Assembly (NCBI RefSeq): GCF_006345805.1
Contig: NC_043020.1
Span: 29,760,001-29,824,000, forward strand
Direction: 5' to 3'
Length of the DNA: 64,000 bases
Source of the DNA: Octopus sinensis
Lineage: Eukaryota
Both the position numbers and the translations under genes were made by a program. Below are positions 25,482 to 36,775 of this stretch, piece after piece. The notes under the pieces are model-generated. The model was not told the DNA's origin, did no database searches, and was given only the letters and a program-made list of their open reading frames with translations. Each line of letters begins with the position of its first letter. Positions within the stretch are counted from its first letter, which is position 1.

Positions 25482-27684
25482 TTCTAATATTCTTGCAGAA
25501 TAATGGAAATGAATGTCACTGCTTGTATAACAGTGACACTCATTTACAACTATCATATGATGTCAAGAAAGGGAACCACACACTCACACACAGACACACA
25601 AAACTGGTTTCTTTCAGTTTCCTTCTACCAAATTCATTCGCAAGGTTTTGGTCAGCCTAAGACCATAGTAGAAGACACTTGCTCATGGTGCCATGCAGTG
25701 AGATGGAACCTGAAACCATGTGGTTGTGAAGCAAGGTTCTTACTATACAGCCACATCTGCACCTATTCTATTTTGTAAACTGCAGAAACAATTTGGATAT
25801 GGAACTGTTTAACCCTTCCATGACCAAACCCTCTGAGATGGCTTCTGGTTCTTTGATACAAAAACTGGGGTTTTAAAACTGCTTATATTCAAATAAAATG
25901 CCTCCCACCAGAATTTGCATCCAAGAATATTTTGCAATTTCCCAAACATCAGCTTAATCTCCCAATGAATGAAAAAAGTTGGTTATTTTATTAAATCCTT
26001 CTTAATTCATTATTTTAAAAGTTAAGAATTAGTGCAGAAAGAAAAAAATGATTTTTGCCAGAACTCAATACTGAATCACCAAATATTTTACCACATTCCT
26101 CATCTCCAACAATTCTTTCATCCTCATCTTCATCGCTGCCATTCTTATTGGTTTAACACTTTCCCAGTCTCAGTTGAATTCTAATCGTCTGTTTACCACA
26201 CGGCATATATTCATTTGTGTTTTGTGATCTTTAAGTTTTTAACCAAGCATGCTCCATCCACTTTTGTTGTGTTTCTATTTGTGCAGCAGATTTTAACACC
26301 TACTTTGGCCCTTTTTAAAATTTTTTATTTTTCCTCTCCAGTGCACTTGCACTCAGCATGACAAATGTCTCCAACTTCTGCTTGGAACTCATTTGTCCAA
26401 TTGACCGTCTTTGTGTGGTCGTTACAAAGCAAGATACACCAGCAACTGCCTCCATACCAATGCTGTTTAAGTATATCTCATAAGCATACCAGCTAAATTC
26501 TTTTCATAGTAAATTCTCATACCCCTCAGGAATCTGTTACCATCCCTAGTTTTAAAGCCAAGCTATTTGAGTTTTTTGACTTTGTGTTGTTGTAGACAAC
26601 ATTGAAGTGCTTCAGAGGTTCCAACTCCAAATCACTATTCAAAATATTCTACCTCAACATTGCAGTTTTTAAAATCCACCCTTGATGTTTATCAGGGTGG
26701 ATTATTGCTAGTAATATTTTCTTGCAATGCTTGAGAAGTCTCTCAAAGAATTTTAATGTTTTAAGTATTGATAAAGATGATTAACTTCCAAGAAGCAGTA
26801 TCTTTTCTTTTAACCCTCAGATAGCACTGGTATGGGTTTTAGAATCTTGGCAATTAAAAGAAAAATAATTTAGATAAAGATCTGAAAATTATGGAAGGCA
26901 ACGGGACTCCTTGTAAATTATTAAATTCAGAACATATTTGTTTCTCCATCTTTGAAATGCTGCTCACTAAAAGCTACGGTTCTGAAGAAAAGCTGCACAA
27001 GAGGATTGCAACTGAGGAATCCCAGCTTTGACCTTTGTGACGAAAGTGATAGAAAGAAGGGGGGGGTGATGGTGTTTGGGTGCTCAGTCATCAGCTCTTG
27101 TATGGCTGGTTTCATTTTGTCTCATCTGAACACAATCCCTTTATAGGAAACTCTGAGATTACACAATGGAGTTCTGTGAGTGAACAGTTGTAATCTAGTA
27201 TGGACAATGACAATCTAGTACTGGACCGTGGCAGAGTACGATTGGACAATGGTATGGGATTGACATGAAAATCTGCAATGAAACTTAAAAGCCTAAAATT
27301 TTCTTCACAAAAACTTCCTTTATTTTGAGAACTCAAAGTATTTATCTATGAATACCAATTAAATTTTATACATAGAGAAATCATGTGCAGAAAACAGGTA
27401 TGGTATTCAGAGCTTTACAGAACATACACATGTTTCAGTAAAATGCTGAAAGGATTACATAATGTGTATAGATATTATGCTGTCATGCCACACATCATCA
27501 GTTTCCCAACATACATACATACATCCAGATGCTTCCACCACCTCTGCGCACTTGTGTTTGCTGTGTTTATCACTTTATGTCACCTTTTGTTTTCCATTTT
27601 ATTTTGTTCATTGCTGAATGTTTTGTGGCTTTGTTGCACTTGCATGCCTCGTTTTTTTATTTTTGTTTTTCAATTTTCTGCAAG

Positions 27685-27805
27685 GTGGAAGTTGAAGCAA
27701 CAGACCGAGCGATTATGATTGCCGATCAGGCTAACTGCCCCCTCTATGTTGTTCATGTAATGAGCAAAACTGCTGCTGATAGTGTCGCATTGGCACGGAA
27801 GCAAG
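27685..27805 (+). CDS. DPYS: Mutually exclusive exon G1 (dihydropyrimidinase type, His retained)
   Basis: ctgcaag|GTG...CAAG|gtctgt. [40 protein letters not shown](G). 121 nt, phase 0 to 1. Confidence 0.93.
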
Positions 27806-27959
27806 GTCTGTCCTATGAATTGAGCATTTGATCACCAGAAAATTTGTTGCACCATTTTTTTTTTTTTCTCCAAACAAAATTTCAGAAAGAAAATTAATTT
27901 CACAATTTTCACCAATTCTCCCCCCCCCCACCATCTTTCCTATTTTACCATTTTATAGG

Positions 27960-28570
27960 TGCAAGCATTGCTTCCTATCTGGTCTCAGGTTTGGTCCCTC
28001 TTCATGGCACCTTGGGAAAATGTCTTCCACTATAATTCCAGGCAAACCAAAGCCTTGTGAGTGGATTTGGTCGGTGAAAACTGAAAGAAGCCCCATTATA
28101 AATAAATAGAGAGCGGAACCTTGACATATGAATTCAATTTGTTCCTGAAGGTCATTTGTCAACTGAAATGTTTGTAAACTAAAACTATTTTTCTCGTTAG
28201 GAAATTCAAGAGAAAGCCTGGCAAATTCAATCTGGAATATTCCCTGAGCAAAAGCCAAACAGCAACTGACACTCTCTTGCTGCTGATACTCCCAGCTTGT
28301 CACCAGCTGTTGTTGCCTGTGTGTGTGTTCAGAAGGCAAGGTTCCACTGTATTTGCACATGTATGTGTGTACTCTTGTCCTGATATCACATGGTGGTTGT
28401 GAATATGTTTCCCATCTTCTCTAAAGATATGTCTGGCCATGGTAAATATTACCTTGCTTGGAAATAGATGAGTGTTGGCAACAGGAAGGGCATCCAGCCA
28501 TAGAAAATTTGCCTCAACAGATTTCATCTGGGCCTTGCAAGCATGGAAAAGTGGAGATCAAATGATGATG
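27960..28570 (+). mobile_element. Composite SINE (family A) in the intron between the two mutually exclusive exons
   Basis: ggcaccttgggaaaatgtcttcc head/core, later ggtaaatattaccttgcttgga...ggaagggcatccagcc...gcatggaaaagtgg...aatgatgatg. An unrelated segment lies between them. Confidence 0.68.
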
Positions 28571-29893
28571 GAAAAGATTGATTTCAAGCCAATGAAGAAT
28601 CTACCTCAACAAATGCTGTCTAATTCATGCAAACAGGTTAAAAGTGGATGTTAAAAATTAAGGAAGTCCAAATATAGTCTTGGAAAAGATAGGGTGGGGG
28701 GGGTTAAGATACCTCCTTCAATTTTTGTTTTTAAAACCAAATAATAATTGGTGAAAATAGTGAACAGTTTTTCGGACACTTTTAATGTTTTAATTTGGTG
28801 CAAGGAATTTTCTAGTTTCAAAGTTTTTGGTGGTGGTGGCTATACTGATGATGATGATCTTTTTTACAAACCTTGACTCTAATCTCTTAACCCTGATAAC
28901 CCTGGTTATCTGTTTATTATTTTTTTTTTCAGCAATTTATGTTTATTGTACCAGCTAACAATAGTAGATATAGTAGCAAAAAATATTCTATTTTTCTTAT
29001 TAATTCAAACATGGCTTATTTGACTGTCATCTATGCTGAAATTATTATTATTAATTAATTAAAAAAAAAGAAATTGAAAATCTCAAATTAATGAATTATA
29101 ATAATTTAATTATAAAGCAAAATCTCACCTGACATAGTTCTATATATTTTTCACTCTTTGATGAACCAATCTCTACATAATTTTAAATAGATTTGATATA
29201 GATTTTCTACATTCTCTGTGCTTCAAGAAAGGCAATGAAAACCCTGTAATTATTAGACCCTTGTTAGGGTCCCTTAAACTAATTATCTACTTTGGTTGGC
29301 TTTTGCCTCCACAATCAATATAGTCTGCAATGAACTAAGATGTAGTTTGTTAATCTCATGTGGGAATGCATGCAAGACAAACCCATGAATAAGGTGACAA
29401 CTGGACCATCATTTACCTATGTTTAAGCCAGTGTCTGTTTATTAAATAGATAGATAGGTACACCTATACACATCAATACATACCTGCTCACATCAACCAT
29501 AGACTTTTTTTTTTTCCTTCTTGTGTAATTTCTGCTTATTACAATCTCAGAATTTTTCTTTTAATGACAGCCTAAAATTCAGGGCTCCACTGATATTCTA
29601 ACATTAACAAGAGATGGTTTTTTTTGTTTTGTTTTTTTTCGCTGTAATTACAACCCCAAGAAAAGCCAGTTTTCAATCGTTTAAAATTCAATCTAAACTT
29701 TTAAAATTTGATTTGAAATAATTTCTGCTACTGACTTTTTACTATTGTTTCTCTTGCAATTTACATAATTCTCTTTCTTCTTTCCTCTCTTCCTATTTGT
29801 ACACACACACACACACGCACACACACGTGTGTGTGGCTGTGTACTTTTTCTGTTCCGTATAACCTGCTTTCACCAGGGACGTTCGTATTGTAG

Positions 29894-30014
29894 GTTGAAA
29901 AAGAAGCTGTACAACGTGCACTCACCATCGCCAACCAGGCCAACTGCCCACTGTATGTGGTTAAAGTTATGAGTAAAGCATCTGCTGAAACAATAGCAGA
30001 TGCTCGCAGATCAG
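29894..30014 (+). CDS. DPYS: Mutually exclusive exon G2 (CRMP type, His to Lys)
   Basis: ttgtag|GTT...TCAG|gtaggc. [40 protein letters not shown](G). 121 nt with the same phases as G1; 25/40 aa identical to G1. Not in the supplied ORF track. Confidence 0.92.
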
Positions 30015-30986
30015 GTAGGCTTAACGATCACTTAGATGATGATGATGATGATGAGGATGCTGTTGCTGCCTGAAGACGGCAATTAAATGATGCCAGCTTC
30101 TTAGGCTCTATATATTTTGTGTGTGCATATCATATATACTTACTGTGTGTTCTGTAGTTGTTGTAATTGTTATATTATTATTGTTCTTATTAATTAATAC
30201 AGATAATGTTTGTTTGCTTTTGTTTTATTTATTTTTCTACTTAATGAACTGCAATGGTGGAGGGAGGGAGGGAGGAGGGGCTTTAGATTAAAGTTAGCCC
30301 CATCACCACCACCGCTACAGCTACACTTACACATTCACACTGACCCCAACGACCTCTTCTCTGAACCAACTAGTTGTATAGCCCCTCCACCCAGACCTTA
30401 TCTGATTCACCCTGTCCCCTCCTCCCGCTGGTTGGGCCCCTCGGATCCTACCCTATACACTTCTTCTTACCCCAGTCCTCTTCCACCCCACAACTGCAAT
30501 CTTTTCGGATCTCTTATCTGCCTATCCTTTTCCTGCACCTCTCTGGAGTTGCTTCTTGTCCCCACTACATTTTTTCCCCCTGCAATCCTTTTGGGTCTTC
30601 TCCTCTTCCCAGATGAAAAAAACTGAAACTGACCTCAGCAGGATGTGAATTTTGAGCCCTGAGGGTCCCAACAAATACTGCAAAGCAATCCCTCCGGTAT
30701 TCTCATGACTCTGTCCCCCTCACAACTGTTTCGAAAAGGAAGGAAAGCTCTGTTGCTCAATGACAGGCCCTGTTATAACAATCCTTTCTACTATACGCAC
30801 AAGGGCTGAAATTTGAGGAAAGGGGGTTAGTTGATTACAGTGACCCCAGTACTCAACTGGTACTTATTTTATGGACTCTGAAAGGATGAAAGGCAAAGTC
30901 AACCTTGGGAGAATTTCAACTCGGAATGTAAAACTGGAAGAAATGCTGCTAAGCATTTTTTCGGTTGTGCTCACAATTCTGCCAGC

Positions 30987-31022
<36 letters not shown>

Positions 31023-31177
31023 GGATGGTCAGAGTTTGAATGCTCTTGATCAAAGGTCTGGCTCAGAGCTAAACAACAATCCAGTCCTATAAAAGAGCTT
31101 CTACTCTAGTCTTTCAACCTACTGTACTCACCCTACTGTTTTAAAAGATTGTATAATTTAATCCTAGGTATAGTGAA

Positions 31178-31435
31178 GGCGCGTGGCTTAGTGGTTAGGG
31201 CATTCGGATCACGATTGTAAGGTCGTGAGTTCAATTCCCGGCCACGCGTTGTGTCCTTGAGCAAGACACTTTATTTTCATGTTGCTCCAGTCCACTCAGC
31301 TGGCAAAAACGAGTTGTCACACTCTGTGTCATGCTGGATCTCCCTGAGAACTACATTAGGGGTACATGTGTCTGTGGATTGCTCAGTCACTTGCACGTTA
31401 ATTTCACGAGCAAGCCGTTCCATTGATCAGATCCT
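31178..31435 (+). mobile_element. tRNA-derived SINE (family B)
   Basis: A-box TGGCTTAGTGG and B-box GTTCAATTCC, followed by gtgtccttgagcaagacact. No CCA or terminator; continues into SINE body. Confidence 0.8.
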
Positions 31436-32587
31436 GTCTGTATACTCTCTCAAGAAAAAGAAAAGACTGGTTAATCAGGTTCCTTCTCACATTTACTATT
31501 TTATGGTCTTTGGTCTTCCATACTTATCGTTAGGCAAGGTCAACAAGGAAACGGTGATTCCATTGCACTAACTGTGCTGCACCAACACAGATTCTGTAAT
31601 ATTTTCTTAATTCCTGAGTAATAGACATAGTATTTTAGGATTTAAGTTCTGATATTTTGGCAGTAAGCTCTCTTCAAGTGTTTGCAGTACATGATAACAC
31701 ACTGTGAGTTATGCCAAGTTATAATCCCGTTATCACGTACCATAACACTTCTCAAGTGTTCCATTTTGTGCCAACAGACTGTGTGTTCGGTTAATTCTTT
31801 TGGTAATATAATCTTTACTTGTTGAGCTCTGGTTTTTCTTCTGGCAAAGGACTTCCTTCAAGTGTTCTGCGACATAACAAATTGGCTGGAAATGGTAGCA
31901 AATGAAGATTAGATAACTCTTTTATTTAATAATAAAAAAGTCGTTGATTTTTTTTTTTTCTTTTTATCATTAATAGCAAAAATGTCTTTCTTAGGTGTAG
32001 ACTGATTTCAAGTGGAGTGAAGAGGTTAATAAAAAAAAAAATGTACATTTGAAGAAAACAAAACCAACTTTCACAATGTCTCATGGTAAACTCTCCATTG
32101 TCCCCTGCAGGGGCAAAATCAGAGCTCAGAAGTTCCAATTTCTCTTCACAAAAAAATTCATATTATATACCTAACCTCTAACAATACACTAGAATATTCT
32201 TTAAGCAATTGTGGGTGACGAATAAATATCACACACACACATAATATGTGCACAACAAGCCCACATTTGTGGTGATTGTGACATTCCGTTCAGTTTATTA
32301 GCAAAACATGACTGAATTTGGAGAATTGTACAAAACACAGCAAAATGGTTCATTCAACCATAAGGAATGCGTGAAGATCATTTTTGTTGATAAGAAGGAA
32401 AAAGAAAAAAGCCCAACATATTTCAGTGTTTGAAGGTTATTGGCTCCTCCCACTCCCTTACTAGTTCACTCTTTTATGTAGGAAGGTATTTAGTGTTTAA
32501 AAATGCAATTGGTGGTGGTGGTGGTGGTTGACCAAGTCAGGAAAATAATACTGTGAACCATTCAACCGTAGGCTAACTATAAATGAA

Positions 32588-32885
32588 ATCATCATCGTTT
32601 AACGTCCGCTTTCCATGCTAGCATGGGTTGGACGATTTTGACTGAGGACTGACGAACCAGATGGCCACACCAGGCTCCAGTCTGATCTGGCAGAGTTTCT
32701 ACAGCTGGATGCCCTTCCTAACACCAACCACTCCGACAGTGTAGTGGGTGCTTTTTACATGCCACTGGCACGGGGCCAGTCAGGCGGTACTGGCAACGAC
32801 CTCGCTCGAATCTTTTTACACATGCCACCAGCATAGGTGCCAGTGAAGCAACGTTGGTAACAATCACGCTCGAATGGTGCCCTTT
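32588..32885 (-). mobile_element. RTE-like LINE 3' UTR copy
   Basis: (CAT)n gtttaacgtccgctttccatgctagc... with internal gccactggcac subrepeats. Confidence 0.8.
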
Positions 32886-34018
32886 TATGAAATACATTGA
32901 TAAACTTGGTTTGTGCCTGTCAACTATGACAAAGTCAAACAAACCCAAGAGGTACCATACGATGACATAAATTGTTGATTCATTATAATTATCGCCACTT
33001 GTAGAGAATGTGTCATGATTACCAAATGGCAATTAAGACCAGTTCTGCTCCATGTGAGGAGGGCAGACAATCTCAGATATCAAATGTTCTCCAAAGTTGA
33101 CATGCCATTAATTGAAAAGACAAACTTGAGATAGCCTGAAGATAAGGGGGCAGTAATGGACATGTGTTTCTGTCTTAATAAACATCATCAGCTCAACAAT
33201 TGTCCTACCTTTCTCCAGTAGCCAAGCGACTTGAGACTTCTACAAAAAGTGCATAATTTAACTAAAAACGAGCCAATTACTTCATAACCCAGGGCTGTCT
33301 CAAGATCAATGAATGAAATTAGATGGAAGGAAACTGTAAAAATCCTTCTGAATGAATTCTGCCCATATTTGAAAGGGCCAGCATTGTGTTATGCACACAC
33401 TGTCACACTGATCCTGCATGGGGGTTCTGTTGAAAGAACAAGTCTTTGTGGAATATTCAGACACATTGATACTGCAATACAATAAGAAAGAAAGAAAGAT
33501 AGATAGATAGAGAGATAGAGATAGATAGATAGATCTGTTAGACAATTAGAGAATTATTGGTTCTTAGAAACCCAACAGTCAACAGATCCAGCATATTATA
33601 TATGCTAATGTAATGTGTAATATATGTTAATATAATGTGTAGATGCAAGTTTATATTTATACTATGAACTTGGTAGACTTGTGCAAATGTATAATCAGTC
33701 CACCATTTTCATTGCAGTGAGTTATTAGTATTGGTCCCCTGTGAATGACATCAAAATGTCAACCTTATGTTGCATCCTCCCCTCACCTTTTTTTTAATTT
33801 ATTTATTTGCTTACTAATTCTATTATTTATTACCAATTTTCGTTGCAATATCTTGTTTTGAAATAAATGTGTGTGTGTGTGTATATATTGAAATGTATTT
33901 GTGTGTCAGTATATTTGCATGTGTGTATAAATATGTGTAAGTGTGTTTCAATATTCCCATGTGTATTGAAATTCTATGCCAGGGTGTTTATTATGCGTGA
34001 TGGGATGTAGATGGGTGT

Positions 34019-34328
34019 GGAGGCACATAGTCTAGTGGTCAGAGCAGCGGACTCGCGGTCGAGGAATCGCGGGTTCGAATCTCAGACCGCGCGATGTGTG
34101 TGTTTATGAGCGAAACACCTGAGCTCCCCATGACTCCGGCAGAAGGTGATGGCGAAAATGCTGCTGACTCTTTCGCCACAACTTTCTCCCACTCTTTCCT
34201 CCTGCATCTTGCAGCTCACCTGCGACGGACCGGCGTCCCGTCCAGGTGGGGAACCTATATGCCAAGGGAACCGGGAAACCGGACCCTTATGAGCCAGGCA
34301 TGGCTCGAGAAGGAACAAAGATGAATGA
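34019..34328 (+). mobile_element. tRNA-derived SINE (family B variant)
   Basis: tagtctagtggtcagagcagcggactcgcgg...ggttcgaatc head. The 3' part ccttatgagccaggcatggctcgagaaggaac is shared with 46906-47150. Confidence 0.8.
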
Positions 34329-34723
34329 TGTAGATGGGTGCGGGTGTTTGTATATAATGTAGTGTGTGTTTGCATACATGTGATGTATGCGTGTGTATAC
34401 ATCATGGTCATGTGGGTGCGTTCATATATAAGTATGTGAATGCAGCTACATGACCATGTGGTAGACATTTGTATGTGTTAAGTGTGTGTATACTTGTGTT
34501 TGTATGATTGTATGTGTGTGGATGTAAAGTGTGTGTGTATATACATCTGATGTGTATTTGAATGTAACACACACATACGATATTAACTGATTTTGTAAAA
34601 AAACAAGTGAATTTTTAATTTTTCTTAACTTTAATGTATCCTTCTAAAGAATATATCATTGTAAATTAATTATGCGCATATATTATAAAATTCATAAATT
34701 AATTGCTCTCTCTCTGTCATATT

Positions 34724-34868
34724 TAATGTAAATACATCATTGAAAGGCAAATTTGCTGTGGCATTTGTCCAGAGATAAAATCTCTTCTGGGTATGCTTTG
34801 TCCATTAGAGATGTTATCTCTGGACAAATGCCACAGTGAATTTGCCTTTCAATGATGTATTTATATTA
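34724..34868. repeat. 62-bp inverted repeat with 21-nt loop
   Basis: Arms 34724-34785 and 34807-34868. On the + strand RNA: 58 Watson-Crick pairs, 3 G-U pairs and 1 A-G mismatch. Confidence 0.95.
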
Positions 34869-34999
34869 ACCAAGCTACATGGAGGGTTATTTTAACTTAG
34901 CACTGCATGGATTGAACTTAATGGATTTTCATATATTTTTTTTTCTTGTTTTGATTAAGTTTTTTGTTAATTTACTTTTTTGTCTTTTAATGTTAACAG

Positions 35000-35156
35000 G
35001 AAAAATAGTTTTTGGTGAACCAATAGCAGCCAGTTTAGGTACGGATGGAACACATTATTGGAACAAATGTTGGCGCCATGCTGCTGGTCATGTTATGAGT
35101 CCACCCCTAAGAGCAGATACATCTACCCCAGGTTATTTGATGGACCTTTTATCAAA
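35000..35156 (+). CDS. DPYS: DHP/CRMP coding exon H
   Basis: taacag|GA...TCAAA|gtaatt. [52 protein letters not shown](N). 157 nt, phase 1 to 2. Confidence 0.96.
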
Positions 35157-35463
35157 GTAATTATTGATACTTTTTTCTTTTATTGTTGTTACATGAGTTG
35201 GGGTCTTGGGTTCAGTCCCACAGCACTACACCTTAGGGTCATTATCATTTTTTATGTCCACTTTTCTATACTTGCATGAGTTTGAGGAGTCTTTGCTAGC
35301 ACTGTGAGCTCCCTATTTGTTCTGGTCCTTTGTCATCTCCATTTGTAATTTTGTTTTTCCCAAGACACATCCGTCACCCTCTTCTTATGATGCTCCTTCT
35401 CTCCACCCCACCCGCTCTTCCTTTGCCACGGTCAGTTCTAATGATTCTTCCTTTATTTTCTAG

Positions 35464-35605
35464 CAATGACCTACAATGTACAGGTACCGATAACTGTACA
35501 TTTAATGCTGAACAAAAGGCATTGGGTAAAGATGATTTTAGACGCATACCTAATGGAGTTAACGGAGTAGAAGACAGAATGTCTGTGATTTGGGAAAAGG
35601 GTGTG
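35464..35605 (+). CDS. DPYS: DHP/CRMP coding exon I (catalytic Asp, GTDNC)
   Basis: ttctag|C...GTG|gtacgt. [47 protein letters not shown]. 142 nt, phase 2 to 0. Confidence 0.96.
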
Positions 35606-35991
35606 GTACGTATTGAATCGCTTTTCTCTCTCTACAAAATCTTTCTTCATTTACACCTGCTTTGATCATACCTTCCTCAGACCACACCTGTCTGCTTTGA
35701 ACACATTGGTCTACAAATCTTTCACCTGTCCAGTTTATAGCTTTGTTTTGACCACAGTGGTCTACAAATCTGATTACATCTTTCTATGACATTTTCGCCC
35801 ATACCTGTCAATAAATATACCTTGATCACGTGGGTCTACAAATTTATCTAACATTAAAAGATTTGGCATTCTGTTCATTTAAATTTCTTTTCTTTTTTTT
35901 TTATTTGTGTAAATTTGTTTAAATGTCTGCACCATTTTACTTTATTGAGTCCTACAGTAAAATCTCTGAATATTATAAATCTGTTTTCTAG

Positions 35992-36075
35992 CAATCTGGG
36001 AAAATGGATCCATGTAGATTTGTGGCAGTAACCAGTACCAACGCAGCTAAGATATTTAATATTTATCCCCAGAAG
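35992..36075 (+). CDS. DPYS: DHP/CRMP coding exon J
   Basis: ttctag|CAA...AAG|gtaaga. [28 protein letters not shown]. 84 nt. Confidence 0.96.
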
Positions 36076-36595
36076 GTAAGAACAGTTATCTCCCTTATTT
36101 TTTTTCTTCTAATTCCAAACCTCATCTGGTTCCGTGATGCAAACATCCTGTTTTTAATGTAAAATTAAAAAGTTCCTCAGAAATTTCAATGTTAATATAT
36201 GTTCCAAACACCAGCATAAGAACAGCACTTATTTTATTAAATTCTTCCTATTTTTAAAGGTAATTGAAACAATAGAAGTGTATTTCCGTAGAAATGTAAT
36301 GGAACGGTTAATTTTCATTTCTTCAATTTGCTTTGGAAATATTAAGAATGAATTACCATATTTATTCACATATAAGCCAAACTCCTAATTTAGTGTTAAA
36401 TTCTGATATAAATTTTTTTTCCCCTTCATAGTTTTAGCTTTGCTCTTCGTAAAAGTCAGTCACGCTCTAGTTTTTTTCAGCTAAAATCAAGTATAAAAAA
36501 TATTGCAATTTATTTACAAGTAAATATGGTAATTGCTCGTTTACTCTCAGACATTGTCTTTTATTATTGTTTGTTTGTTATTTATTTGTTTTTAG

Positions 36596-36775
36596 GGGCG
36601 AATCGCCGTAGGTTCAGATGCTGATCTTGTTATTTGGGATCCAAATGCAACTCGTACAATCTCTGCTAAAACTCATCATCAGGCCTGTGATTTTAATATT
36701 TTTGAGGGTATGGTGTGCCATGGAGTACCATTGTATGTCATTATGGGAGGACATGTCGTCTTAGATGAAGGCCAG
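36596..36775 (+). CDS. DPYS: DHP/CRMP coding exon K
   Basis: ttttag|GGG...CAG|gtaaga. [60 protein letters not shown]. 180 nt. Confidence 0.96.

Noticed and set aside
26952-27146. Tc1-like GGVMVFGC motif, and a possible RT relic on the minus strand near 26200-26480
   Set aside because: The similarity is too short and degenerate to call without an alignment.
27806-29893. Dscam-style docking/selector base-pairing for the G1/G2 choice
   Set aside because: I found no convincing complementary segments by eye in the flanking introns. A cross-species conservation and covariation search is needed.
29894-30014. G2 as a dead duplicated pseudo-exon
   Set aside because: Exact length, intact frame and splice sites, many synonymous differences and CRMP-like substitutions argue for purifying selection.
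31178-31250. tRNA genes at 31178, 34019, 38452 and 46906
   Set aside because: A and B boxes are present, but the cloverleaf is imperfect and each runs into a shared repeat body. These are tRNA-derived SINE heads.
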